A stretch of DNA of 64,000 nt from an uncultured Candidatus Saccharibacteria bacterium (GCA_964474825.1 CAYYWQ010000001.1:293609-357608); one strand, 5' to 3'. Shown: positions 1 to 8,590, numbered from the stretch's first letter. Notes: generated from the letters alone by a model not told the origin. Program-made: numbers and translations.

Positions 1-50
1 TTCATGCTATTCACAAATTCCTGGTCTACTTGCACTGTTTCAGTTGCCAT
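1..50 (-). CDS. partial CDS, 5-prime end only; gene continues beyond window start; unknown product
   Basis: ATG at 50..48 on minus strand preceded by AAGGAGG Shine-Dalgarno; frame open to window edge (MATETVQVDQEFVNSM...). Confidence 0.35.
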   Translation of the reverse strand, partial: MATETVQVDQEFVNSM

Positions 51-132
51 TGTTCCTTCCTTGTCCTCCTTGTGGTTTAATGATAATTCCTTAAAAAAGG
101 CGCAATCATCAAAACACAACTTTTGTGGTTTT

Positions 133-197
133 ACCCCGTCATTCGACGGGGTTGTTTTACCTTCGGTAAAACAAAAACCGCCACCCTAAGGTGGCGG
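133..197. repeat. three tandem GC-rich stem-loops (ACCCCGTC-attc-GACGGGGT; GTTTTACC-ttcg-GGTAAAAC; CCGCCACC-ctaa-GGTGGCGG); third plus T-run acts as minus-strand terminator
   Basis: perfect 8-bp inverted repeats with 4-nt loops read directly; first hairpin recurs at 55150 and a related one at 12000. Confidence 0.6.
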
Positions 198-212
198 AAT
201 AGTTTAGTTAGG

Positions 213-332
213 TTACTCTTTAATCTTAACCAAAACTTCCTGCCTAGCCTTAGGGCTGACACTAAGAAGAAGGCCGAGCATAAGGCTTGCTAAGGCAATG
301 AAGCTTAAATTTAAGGCAAAAGAATTTGTCAT
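213..332 (-). CDS. possible 39-aa hydrophobic peptide (MTNSFALNLSFIALASLMLGLLLSVSPKARQEVLVKIKE)
   Basis: ATG-to-TAA ORF on minus strand below ORF-track size cutoff, followed by hairpin terminator at 178-197. Confidence 0.25.
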   Translation of the reverse strand: MTNSFALNLSFIALASLMLGLLLSVSPKARQEVLVKIKE

Positions 333-419
333 TTAATTTATGTTAAACAATTGCTAAAATTTTGTCAAATTGGCTTTTTTGTAGTAAACTATTTGAGTGC
401 TAATTATAAAATATTTAAC

Positions 420-1034
420 ATGATTTTATCCGACAGAGACATAAAAAAAGCCATAGCGTCTGGCCGCATAAAAATTACGCCAAAACCAAACTATAAAGAA
501 CAGCTGGGTTCCTGCTCCATAGATTTACATTTGGGCAGCCACTTCCGAGTTTTTAAACATTCCAGCTATCCGTACATTGACCTTAAAGGTTCTGTGGATA
601 CAGACAAATTAATGAAGGAAATTGTGGTCAAAAAAAACGAGCCTTTCATTATGCAGCCCGGAGATTTTGCTTTAGTAACCACAGTGGAAGTTTTGGAACT
701 TGAAGACGATATTTTAGGAAAAATTGAAGGCCGGTCTTCTTTGGGACGCTTGGGGATTATAGTCCACGGCACAGCCAGCATTTTTGACCCAGGCTGGATT
801 GGCAAGCCAACTATGGAGCTGGGGAATTTGGGAGTGATGCCTGTAGCGCTTTACCCAGGTATGCGCATTTGCGCTTTTACTTTTGAAGAAGTTTCCTCTC
901 CCGTGGAAGTTCCTTACCGCAAAAAAATCGGCAACAAATACGCCGGACAAAAAACAGCCTTAGCTTCCAAGCTGTCTCGCGAGGTGAGCAAAGGCGTGCA
1001 TATAAAAGGCGTGGGGGCAGGGGATTACCAATAG
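420..1034 (+). CDS. dcd: dCTP deaminase
   Basis: MILSDRDIKKAIASGRIKITP N-terminus and overall length typical of Dcd; internal ATG at 420 chosen over TTG at 351. Confidence 0.85.
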   Translation: MILSDRDIKKAIASGRIKITPKPNYKEQLGSCSIDLHLGSHFRVFKHSSYPYIDLKGSVDTDKLMKEIVVKKNEPFIMQPGDFALVTTVEVLELEDDILGKIEGRSSLGRLGIIVHGTASIFDPGWIGKPTMELGNLGVMPVALYPGMRICAFTFEEVSSPVEVPYRKKIGNKYAGQKTALASKLSREVSKGVHIKGVGAGDYQ

Positions 1035-1071
1035 CTTTTAGTTGTTAGCTGTTAGGTTTTAGGAAAGTCAG

Positions 1072-1557
1072 TTATACCTCCAGTTCCAAAAAAGTATATT
1101 TTAGTCCATTGAAATCTCCTTCCTTTTGGAAGGTGATTTTTTTGAATTCATCGTAAGCAGGGAAAAAGGCGTCGGCTTCTACTTCCTGGTCTACCACAGT
1201 TAAATACAATTTGTCTGCCAAAGGCAAAGCCTGTTCGTATATTTGAGCGCCGCCGTTAATAAATATTTCAGATTTTTCTATTTCCTTGGCTTTAGCTAGC
1301 GCTTCGTCTAAGCTGTGGCAAATAATGCATCCGTCCGCTTTAAAATTTGCGTCGCGCGTAATAATTATATTGGTCCGGTTTGGCAGGGGGCGGCCAATGC
1401 TCTCAAAAGTTTTCCGGCCCATTATTAAAGTATGTCCGGTTGTAACCGCAACATAACGCTTAAAATCTTCCGGGATTTTCCAAAGCAGTTTGTTGTCTTT
1501 ACCCAGAGCGCGGTTTTTGGAAATTGCAGCTATCATGGAAATTTTTGGTTTGTCCAT
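1072..1557 (-). CDS. folA: dihydrofolate reductase
   Basis: MIAAISKNRALGKDNKLLWKIPEDFKRY... DHFR signature; adjacent to thyA. Confidence 0.9.
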   Translation of the reverse strand: MDKPKISMIAAISKNRALGKDNKLLWKIPEDFKRYVAVTTGHTLIMGRKTFESIGRPLPNRTNIIITRDANFKADGCIICHSLDEALAKAKEIEKSEIFINGGAQIYEQALPLADKLYLTVVDQEVEADAFFPAYDEFKKITFQKEGDFNGLKYTFLELEV

Positions 1558-1565
1558 AATTTTAA

Positions 1566-1599
1566 AGGCTGAACTTTAACGGCCGTTAAAATTCAGCCT
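1566..1599. promoter_or_regulatory. 34-nt near-perfect AT-rich palindrome centred on ACGGCCGT, immediately upstream of folA
   Basis: AGGCTGAACTTTAACGGCCGTTAAAATTCAGCCT; second family member at 45211-45250 upstream of ahcY. Confidence 0.4.
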
Positions 1600-1621
1600 A
1601 AGAAAAATAATAAATTGATGT

Positions 1622-1936
1622 TTACTTTATACTGGCCATTGCAACCAGGAAGGCTACGGTAAAGACTAAGAGCCAAATCATGGAGAACAAAAATAGTTTT
1701 ATGGCTTCTTGTTTGGCGCCGTTAAAATACCAAATTGCTGAGCGTCCTAACATAAGGGTGCCAATAACAGAGGCGGAAAGTACCATGAGGCAGAGCATGG
1801 TAATAATATTAAAAATGGTCGGGGCCGTGCCGAACAGCATGTTGGCATTGCGGAGCAGGAGGGAGACTAGAACTATGTACACCACGGTACCTGTTGCTTG
1901 CAGGAGTCCGTTTAAGGCCAATTTTGAATTGGGCAT
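1622..1936 (-). CDS. small integral membrane protein, unknown function
   Basis: 104-aa ORF with three hydrophobic helices between thyA and folA. Confidence 0.5.
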   Translation of the reverse strand: MPNSKLALNGLLQATGTVVYIVLVSLLLRNANMLFGTAPTIFNIITMLCLMVLSASVIGTLMLGRSAIWYFNGAKQEAIKLFLFSMIWLLVFTVAFLVAMASIK

Positions 1937-1969
1937 ATTTTGTTTGTTAATTTTTATTTAAATAATTAA

Positions 1970-2947
1970 TTAAGATTTTTTTTGAGCGTATTTTTTCCAG
2001 TCATCGTCCACAATGCCTCCGACCACGGCCATTTCTGCTTTTATGGGTGGGTAGGCTTCATAACCAATCAATTCTACTTTGTCGGGTTTGAAATCATCTA
2101 TGGTTTTTACATTGCCATCTAATTTTACCATAGGAAAGGGTTTTGGGGCTCGGGTTAACTGTTCCTTGGCCTGCTCGCGGTGGTTTTCGTAAATATGGAC
2201 GTCGCCAAAGGTGTGGACAAAGTCCCCGGGCTGGTTGCCTGTGATTTGGGCGAGGATGGTTGTTAGGAGTGCATAAGAAGCTATATTAAATGGCACGCCC
2301 AAAAAAATATCCGCAGACCTTTGATAAAGGTGCAAAGAAAGCTTGCCGTTTTTTACATTACACTGGAACATGTTGTGGCAAATAGGGAAGCGGCTGGCTT
2401 CTTCGGGCAAGGCCATTTCGTATAAATATTCCGGGTTCCAGGAATTAACAATTGTGTTATGGGCGTCCGGGTCACGCTTTAAAGTGTCCACAACCCACTG
2501 GAGTTGGTCCACTGTGCGGCCGTTTTTACCTGGCCAACGCCTCCAAAGTTGTCCGTAAATGTAGGGCAGGTCGCCATGCTGCTTGGCATAGTTACTATCT
2601 GTCGTAATTTTTGCAATAAATTCTTCTTTGGTAAGTTCCGGCATTAAACCCTTTTTTACTTTTTCCCGGTAAATTCGGTAAGGATAGTCGTCCCAAATAT
2701 GCACCCCATTGTCTACCAAGTATTTTATGTTGCTCTGGCCGGACATGAACCAATACAATTCCTGGATAATTCCTTTCCAGAAAACTTTTTTGGTTGTGAG
2801 CAGGGGAAAGCCCTTACTTAAATCAAACCGCATTTGCCGTCCAAATAAGCTGTAGGTAACGTCTCCCGTGCCTTTGTCTTCCTGCTTTACGCCGTTTTGC
2901 AAAATGTCGGCCATTATGTCCAAGTATTGTTGCTCAGGGTGTTGCAT
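1970..2947 (-). CDS. thyA: thymidylate synthase (ThyA, long form)
   Basis: dUMP/folate-binding motifs (PICHNMFQ, LYQRSADIFLGVPFNIASYALLT); start moved to MQHPEQQ to avoid overlap with upstream gene. Confidence 0.9.
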   Translation of the reverse strand: MQHPEQQYLDIMADILQNGVKQEDKGTGDVTYSLFGRQMRFDLSKGFPLLTTKKVFWKGIIQELYWFMSGQSNIKYLVDNGVHIWDDYPYRIYREKVKKGLMPELTKEEFIAKITTDSNYAKQHGDLPYIYGQLWRRWPGKNGRTVDQLQWVVDTLKRDPDAHNTIVNSWNPEYLYEMALPEEASRFPICHNMFQCNVKNGKLSLHLYQRSADIFLGVPFNIASYALLTTILAQITGNQPGDFVHTFGDVHIYENHREQAKEQLTRAPKPFPMVKLDGNVKTIDDFKPDKVELIGYEAYPPIKAEMAVVGGIVDDDWKKYAQKKS

Positions 2948-2951
2948 AAAA

Positions 2952-3635
2952 TTATTCAATATTAAAAATATTATCCGTTCCGTAATATTGTTCCCAATTT
3001 TTGTTGTAAAAATCAAACATCCGGGCTAAGCGGTCTTGGGGTAATTCATTCACCCCTAGTTCTTTCATCATTTCCCGCAATTGAGTTTTAGTTTCATCGG
3101 CCTTGTCTTTATCGGTTACAACCATTTCAAATTCGGAAAGATACCCATAACCGGCATTTTTGTCTATGCTAACGTTCGCGCCCTTATATTTAAAATCCTG
3201 GCGCTCCCGGGACCACTTAGCCTGGTAGGTAAAACCGGAGTTTAAAACCAAAGCGTCTAACTCTTCAATAGTTTTGTCTACTTTAGCTTCCCATTCAAGC
3301 CGTGCTGTGCCGTTGGAACTTGTTGTGTCGTCTACCGAAGCCTTTACAACTAAAATAACCTTACCATCTGCCCACCTGGTTCTTACAGAGTAATCTTTGG
3401 CTTTGTCGGCTAAATCTTTAAGTTTAGCTAACTGATCATCAGCCACAAAACCTTTAACGTTCTCGTAAAGCTTGTTTAGGTTTCCACCTATGAAATAATG
3501 GTTAAGCTGTTTGTGCGACCCTACTGTTACAAGATTGGCATCCGCTGCTTTCATTTTTCCAATTAGCTCTTCAGCCTTTTCTTTACCGCCCAGTAAGCTT
3601 TTTATTTCGATTTCAAAATTGTCTTTGGGTTCCAT
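2952..3635 (-). CDS. CYTH-domain triphosphate tunnel metalloenzyme (CyaB/ThTPase-like)
   Basis: N-terminal FEIEIK = ExExK CYTH signature motif. Confidence 0.65.
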   Translation of the reverse strand: MEPKDNFEIEIKSLLGGKEKAEELIGKMKAADANLVTVGSHKQLNHYFIGGNLNKLYENVKGFVADDQLAKLKDLADKAKDYSVRTRWADGKVILVVKASVDDTTSSNGTARLEWEAKVDKTIEELDALVLNSGFTYQAKWSRERQDFKYKGANVSIDKNAGYGYLSEFEMVVTDKDKADETKTQLREMMKELGVNELPQDRLARMFDFYNKNWEQYYGTDNIFNIE

Positions 3636-3724
3636 CTAATTTTATTCTATAATTAAGTTTGTCTAAAATCCACAAAAGCCCTAAATCTCTATGTGTCTAA
3701 ATTATAGCAAAAATAAGTCCAAAA

Positions 3725-3733
3725 TGCTATAAT
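3725..3733 (+). promoter_or_regulatory. extended -10 (TGCTATAAT) 9 nt upstream of ATG 3743; near-leaderless transcript
   Basis: sequence read directly. Confidence 0.4.
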
Positions 3734-3742
3734 TTTGAGGCT

Positions 3743-4300
3743 ATGAATAAGCCAAAAATCATTATTGGTTTGGTGGGGGAAAAGCTGGCGGGTAAAGACG
3801 AAGTTGCCAAGTACCTAATAGGCAAGCACCAAGCTTTTCATATTAAATTCAGCAGTCTTTTGGACGAGATTTTAGATATTCTAGACATGCCAAAAACAAG
3901 GCGGAATGAAATAGATTTAGGTTTAGGTTTAAGAGAAGTGTTTGGTCCGGAAATTCTTTACCGTTCCTTAAAGAAAAGGGTTGTGGCCTCGGAAAATCCT
4001 ATGGCCGTAATAAACGGTATTAGGATGGATGAGTTTGAGAAAATCGTAGCAGATTTAGGTGCCAAAACAATTTACGTAACCGCGCCTTTGGAGCTTCGTT
4101 TCCAAAGGTACCAGCAAAGGCATGAAAAAGTAGACGACGGCAAAATGAGCTTGGAAGATTTTGCCAAACAGGACAGGGAAGAGCTTACGGAAAAAGGAAT
4201 CCCGGAGCTTGGCAAGCGGGCGGAGTTTAAAATTGAGAATACAGGAAGTTTAGAAGAACTTTATAAAAAAATAGATGAGGTAATTTTGAGTTTCAAATAA
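3743..4300 (+). CDS. P-loop NTPase, putative (deoxy)nucleoside monophosphate kinase
   Basis: Walker A GLVGEKLAGKD at N-terminus, ~185 aa, sits in dTTP-synthesis cluster directly upstream of tmk. Confidence 0.55.
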   Translation: MNKPKIIIGLVGEKLAGKDEVAKYLIGKHQAFHIKFSSLLDEILDILDMPKTRRNEIDLGLGLREVFGPEILYRSLKKRVVASENPMAVINGIRMDEFEKIVADLGAKTIYVTAPLELRFQRYQQRHEKVDDGKMSLEDFAKQDREELTEKGIPELGKRAEFKIENTGSLEELYKKIDEVILSFK

Positions 4301-4301
4301 C

Positions 4302-5021
4302 ATGTCCTTACTGAAATTTGGAAAAAAATCAGCGGTAAAAAATTATGGCAGGCTAATTGTTCTGGACGGCATAGACGGCAGTGGTAAGTCCACGCAGTTA
4401 AACCTTTTGCATAAAGAATTGGCCAGTGCCGGTTACGATGTAGAGATTATTCATTTCCCCCAGCACGGCGAGCGGAGCGCGGCAATGGTAGACGATTATT
4501 TAGCCGGGAAGTATGGACAAGTCGGGCCATATGCCGCGGCTGTGTTTTATGCTATGGACCGTTTTGACGCCGCGCCAAAAATTAAGCAATGGCTTACGCA
4601 AGGAAAAATTGTGATTTCTGACCGTTATGTTACGGCAAACGCAGGGCATCAGGGTGGGAAGATTTCAGACCATTACGATAGAATGAAATTTTTTAAATGG
4701 TTGGACAACTTAGAGTATTCTGTGTTTAGCATCCCCAAACCGGATTTGAATATTATTTTAAATGTCCCGGCGTCGGCCGCCATTCAGCTGCTTGGCATGC
4801 GTAAAGAAGACCAAAACCATACAGACGTAATGCACGAAGGCAGTAAAGAACATTTGATAAATAGCTACAAAGCTTATTTGGAAATAGCACGCCTGTTTCC
4901 GAATACTAAATTAGTAGAGTGTGTGATTAACAACGAACTTTTGACTCCGGACCAAATTCACAATAAAGTTTGGGAACTTGTAAGGAGAATAGGGCTTAAA
5001 GATTTTAAAATAAACGCCTAA
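4302..5021 (+). CDS. tmk: thymidylate kinase
   Basis: IVLDGIDGSGKSTQ P-loop and DRY motif of dTMP kinases. Confidence 0.9.
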   Translation: MSLLKFGKKSAVKNYGRLIVLDGIDGSGKSTQLNLLHKELASAGYDVEIIHFPQHGERSAAMVDDYLAGKYGQVGPYAAAVFYAMDRFDAAPKIKQWLTQGKIVISDRYVTANAGHQGGKISDHYDRMKFFKWLDNLEYSVFSIPKPDLNIILNVPASAAIQLLGMRKEDQNHTDVMHEGSKEHLINSYKAYLEIARLFPNTKLVECVINNELLTPDQIHNKVWELVRRIGLKDFKINA

Positions 5022-5034
5022 TTTTTTATTTTAA

Positions 5035-5060
5035 CCCTCTGGACTTCCAGAGGGTTTTTT
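5035..5060 (+). terminator. rho-independent terminator after tmk
   Basis: CCCTCTGG-actt-CCAGAGGG followed by TTTTTT. Confidence 0.7.
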
Positions 5061-5068
5061 GGTATAAT
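5060..5068 (+). promoter_or_regulatory. extended -10 TGGTATAAT immediately after tmk terminator, upstream of RHH gene
   Basis: sequence read directly. Confidence 0.4.
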
Positions 5069-5102
5069 CCTGCCAGCTCTGGCTGTCGTCTTTAACCAGA
5101 AG

Positions 5103-5576
5103 ATGATTAGCCAAAATAAACGGCACACAGTGCTCTGTGCGCTAACCAGCAACGAAGCCGTACAGCTTGAAGCCGCAGTTAAAAAGGCAGGTCTAACCAG
5201 GCAGCATTTCATAGATCTTTGTATGGAATGCTTGGTAGATTTTGTCGAGGAACGAGGGTTTTCGTTTCCTTCCACCACTTATCTGAAGTTGAGATGTGGT
5301 GTAAGGATTACCGGCACAGTTTCCGATGAAGTTTACCTGCTTTTGAAGAAGCAAGCCGACACGACGAAATTTCCGATCGTATACTTGGCAAGGTTGTATC
5401 TGCTTACGGGCATAGAGGTGTGCGGTAAATACCAAGGTCCTCCAGGGCCAATTGGAAGAGAGGACTTTAAAGGCCTTCTTCGCAGCGTACCGGAAGAACT
5501 AAAAGTACCGAGCCGATGGGATGACTTTCGGCAAGGTCTGAGGCTAATCTGGCGCGCTCTTAGGAGGACACGCTGA
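5103..5576 (+). CDS. ribbon-helix-helix (MobC/CopG-like) domain protein in a GC-rich insert
   Basis: N-terminus KRHTVLCALTSNEAVQLEAAVKKAGLTRQHFI resembles MobC/RHH fold pattern; region GC far above window average; own promoter and terminator. Confidence 0.5.
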   Translation: MISQNKRHTVLCALTSNEAVQLEAAVKKAGLTRQHFIDLCMECLVDFVEERGFSFPSTTYLKLRCGVRITGTVSDEVYLLLKKQADTTKFPIVYLARLYLLTGIEVCGKYQGPPGPIGREDFKGLLRSVPEELKVPSRWDDFRQGLRLIWRALRRTR

Positions 5577-5603
5577 TTCAAGGGAGAATCAGAAGATTCG
5601 ATG

Positions 5604-5641
5604 GGGCCGCGCGCAACCGTCATACTTACGCGGCCCTTTTT
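5604..5641 (+). terminator. rho-independent terminator after RHH gene
   Basis: GGGCCGCG...CGCGGCCC stem followed by TTTTT. Confidence 0.7.
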
Positions 5642-5644
5642 CTA

Positions 5645-5653
5645 TGTTATAAT
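5645..5653 (+). promoter_or_regulatory. extended -10 TGTTATAAT 6 nt upstream of prfB ATG (leaderless prfB)
   Basis: sequence read directly. Confidence 0.35.
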
Positions 5654-5659
5654 TTGTTT

Positions 5660-6745
5660 ATGAATGAACTCGTTAAGCGACTGGAAACTCTTAAATCCGA
5701 AATTGTAAATCTTAAATCTCATTTAAATCTGCCGCAGAAAGAGCAGAGGATTTTAGAGTTGGAAGACCAAATGCAGGCTAGTGATTTTTGGGCTGACAAT
5801 GAGCACGCGCAAAAAGTTAGCCGGGAATACAACCAGCTAAAAAAGTTTTATGATTTTTGGGTGTCTCTTGAAAAAGACACTCAGGAGACAGCAGATTTGC
5901 TGGCGGCAAGTAGCAGCGAACAGCAAGAAGAGTTGAAGAAAATGGTGGACGATTTGGAAGAAAAATATAAGAAGAACCGTTTTGTCGCGTTGCTTTCTAA
6001 AAAATACGACGACCATAATGCAATTTTTTCGCTGCATTCAGGCGCCGGGGGAGTGGACGCCCAGGATTGGGCCGACATTTTACTCAGAATGTTTTTGCGC
6101 TACTGCGAACGCAAAGGTTTTAGTACCGAAGTAATAGAAATGTCCCGCGGCGAACAAGGCGGAATTAAAACCGCTGTCGTGGAAGTTTTTGGGTCTTACG
6201 CTTATGGACTTTTAAAGAGTGAAGCCGGTGTCCACCGTTTAGTGCGCCTTTCTCCCTTTAATCCGGCGCATACCCGCGAAACATCTTTCGCTTTGTTAGA
6301 ACTCTTGCCACTTTTGGAAGAACAGGAAGAATTTAAAGTAGACGAAAAAGATTTGAAGATAGAGGCTAATACTGCCAGCGGTCATGGCGGGCAAAGCGTG
6401 AACACAACTTACTCAGCTATTCGTATAACGCATATACCAAGTGGCATTAAAGTTTCTATTCAAAACGAACGCAGTCAGCACCAAAACCGCGAAATTGCCA
6501 TGAAAATTTTAATGGCCAGGCTTAAAACTTTGGAAGAACAAAAATTACAGAAAGAAAAACAGGAAATCCGCGGCGAGTTTAAAAGCGCTGAGTGGGGGAA
6601 TCAAATTAGGTCTTATGTAATCCACCCGTATAAACTTGTAAAAGACCACCGCACCAATTTTGAAAGCACGGACCCGGACTCTGTTTTAAACGGGGAACTG
6701 GACGAGTTTGTGGAAAAATATTTGGAACAGCTGGTAAGCTCGTAA
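5660..6745 (+). CDS. prfB: peptide chain release factor 2
   Basis: SPF tripeptide (RLSPFNPAH) and GGQ motif; single continuous frame (no programmed +1 frameshift site). Confidence 0.9.
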   Translation: MNELVKRLETLKSEIVNLKSHLNLPQKEQRILELEDQMQASDFWADNEHAQKVSREYNQLKKFYDFWVSLEKDTQETADLLAASSSEQQEELKKMVDDLEEKYKKNRFVALLSKKYDDHNAIFSLHSGAGGVDAQDWADILLRMFLRYCERKGFSTEVIEMSRGEQGGIKTAVVEVFGSYAYGLLKSEAGVHRLVRLSPFNPAHTRETSFALLELLPLLEEQEEFKVDEKDLKIEANTASGHGGQSVNTTYSAIRITHIPSGIKVSIQNERSQHQNREIAMKILMARLKTLEEQKLQKEKQEIRGEFKSAEWGNQIRSYVIHPYKLVKDHRTNFESTDPDSVLNGELDEFVEKYLEQLVSS

Positions 6746-6791
6746 GCTTATAAGCATCTAAGCAAAAAAAGTTTTAACTTTATTAATTGTT

Positions 6792-6800
6792 TGCTATAAT
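6792..6800 (+). promoter_or_regulatory. extended -10 TGCTATAAT upstream of ftsE; followed by two direct GGCTGATTAGCTG repeats (6837-6864)
   Basis: sequence read directly. Confidence 0.35.
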
Positions 6801-6876
6801 AATTTTAGAAAGAGTGCATCAGAAACAAATAATTTGGCTGATTAGCTGGCTGGCTGATTAGCTGATCCGCTTATCA

Positions 6877-7560
6877 ATGATCAAGTTTGAAAATGTCGGA
6901 AAACAATATAGCGCAGTTCATGCCTTAGAAGGCATTAACCTACAAGTCCATCATGGGGAATTTATTTCTTTGGTGGGTCTTTCCGGCGCCGGAAAATCTA
7001 CTTTAATGAAGCTGATTACGGGAGAAGAGCGCATAGATAGCGGTAAAATTTTAATAGACGATATAGACATTTCTTATGTGTCAAAAGGGGATCTGCCTTA
7101 TTTAAGAAGAAAGATTGGCACGGTTTTCCAGGATATAAAATTATTGCCGCGAAGAACAGCTTTTGAAAATGTGGCATTTGCCATGGAAGTTTGCGGGCAT
7201 AAAAAAGAAAAAATTAACGAAGATGTGCCTAAAATTTTAGACTTAGTCGGACTTTTGCATAAAAGTGACCATTTTCCATACCAAATGTCCGGGGGGGAAA
7301 AACAACGCGTGGCAATTGCCAGGGCTTTGGCGCACAGGCCGGTATTACTTTTGGCAGACGAACCTACCGGGAATTTAGACGAGGTAAATGCCGGGGAAGT
7401 CCTAGACTTGCTCCTTAGAATAAATTCTTTAGGAACCACAGTAATTTTAGCTACTCATGCGGCTGACTTAGTTAACAAAATACAAAAACGTGTTATTACT
7501 ATAGAAGCAGGAAAAATAATTAAAGAACAAAAAACAGGGAAGTACGAACTTAATGCTTGA
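6877..7560 (+). CDS. ftsE: cell division ATP-binding protein FtsE
   Basis: ABC ATPase with Walker A GLSGAGKST, LSGGEKQR signature; followed by ftsX with 8-nt overlap. Confidence 0.9.
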   Translation: MIKFENVGKQYSAVHALEGINLQVHHGEFISLVGLSGAGKSTLMKLITGEERIDSGKILIDDIDISYVSKGDLPYLRRKIGTVFQDIKLLPRRTAFENVAFAMEVCGHKKEKINEDVPKILDLVGLLHKSDHFPYQMSGGEKQRVAIARALAHRPVLLLADEPTGNLDEVNAGEVLDLLLRINSLGTTVILATHAADLVNKIQKRVITIEAGKIIKEQKTGKYELNA

Positions 7561-8470
7561 TTCAATATCTTTTTTTAGGGTCATAAAAACAGGTTTTGTT
7601 AATTTTTGGCGCAATTCCTGGTTGTCCGCTGCAGCGACTTTGGTAATGACGATTACTTTGGTAATTTTTGCCGTTTTGTTTTTGCTATTTGGGCTCACCA
7701 GCTACTCTATTAAAACAATTCAGAATACCGTAGATGTAAGTGTTTATTTTAAAGTTGGGCTCGACGAGACGCAAATAATGAAAATAAAAGGGGATTTAGA
7801 AAAAGACACCCGTATCAAAGAAATAGTTTACACCTCACAAAAAGATGCCTTTGATCAGTTTAAAGCTCGCCATCAAAACGACCCTTTAATTCAGGAATCC
7901 TTAAATGAGCTTACAGAAAACCCACTTCCCGCAACTTTTAATATTAAGACTCATGACTTAAACGACTACCCTGCGGTAAACCAGGAGCTTAAAGACCCTA
8001 ATTATAAAGAATTTATTAGCAAGGTTAACTTTGAGGACAACCGTTTAGTTATAGACCGTTTAACTAAAATTTTGCATTTCATTACAACTTTTGGGTTTGG
8101 TTTGGCTGCTGTGTTTTCTATAATTGCGATTCTGGTAATTTTTAACACGATTACCTTAACTATTTACAATCGCAAGGAAGAAGTGGAAATTATGCGTTTA
8201 GTAGGCGCCACCGATTGGTACATTCGCGGTCCGTTTTTAACCGAAAGTTTGTTGTATGCTTTGGCCGCAACTTTTTTAACCAGTGTTTTGTTTTTTCCAA
8301 TTTTTTTACAAATTCTGCCAAAAATAGCGGCTTATGTTAACCCTCAGTTAACTTTGTTTAATACCAACCTATTTAATTTTTGGTATTTGGTTCTGTTAAT
8401 GTTGGTAATCTCTATTCTTTTGGCTGTAATTTCGACCATGCTCGCTATTAGAAAATACCTAAAAACCTAG
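7553..8470 (+). CDS. ftsX: cell division permease FtsX
   Basis: four C-terminal TM helices, extracellular loop, downstream of ftsE. Confidence 0.85.
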   Translation: MLDSISFFRVIKTGFVNFWRNSWLSAAATLVMTITLVIFAVLFLLFGLTSYSIKTIQNTVDVSVYFKVGLDETQIMKIKGDLEKDTRIKEIVYTSQKDAFDQFKARHQNDPLIQESLNELTENPLPATFNIKTHDLNDYPAVNQELKDPNYKEFISKVNFEDNRLVIDRLTKILHFITTFGFGLAAVFSIIAILVIFNTITLTIYNRKEEVEIMRLVGATDWYIRGPFLTESLLYALAATFLTSVLFFPIFLQILPKIAAYVNPQLTLFNTNLFNFWYLVLLMLVISILLAVISTMLAIRKYLKT

Positions 8471-8552
8471 CTTAATTAAGGGAAATTTTGTTTATCCCCA
8501 AATTTAAAATTCAAATACTTGCACAATCTAAAAAAACTAGTATACTAAGAAA

Positions 8553-8590
8553 GAGCCCAAATAGCGACTCTCGCGAAGTGGGGCTTTTTT
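8553..8590 (+). terminator. terminator after ftsEX
   Basis: GAGCCC...GGGCTT hairpin followed by TTTTTT. Confidence 0.5.

Noticed and set aside
4-189. ORF-track CDS 4..189 (+), 61 aa
   Set aside because: It reads straight through three tandem GC hairpins and a terminator. The opposite strand has a well-supported gene start with a strong SD at 50..48, so this is most likely spurious.
133-197. CRISPR array
   Set aside because: There are only three adjacent hairpins with different sequences and no regularly spaced identical repeats or cas genes anywhere in the window.
566-950. Antisense ORFs inside dcd (566..805, 714..950) and similar embedded or antisense ORFs throughout (e.g. 10395..10892, 34473..34919, 47436..47885, 51771..52308)
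   Set aside because: They lie entirely within well-supported genes on the opposite strand or another frame. They have odd composition and no start context.
5660-5760. Programmed +1 frameshift in prfB
   Set aside because: The RF2 ORF is continuous from ATG 5660, and no CUU UGA C slippery site is present in the first 40 codons.
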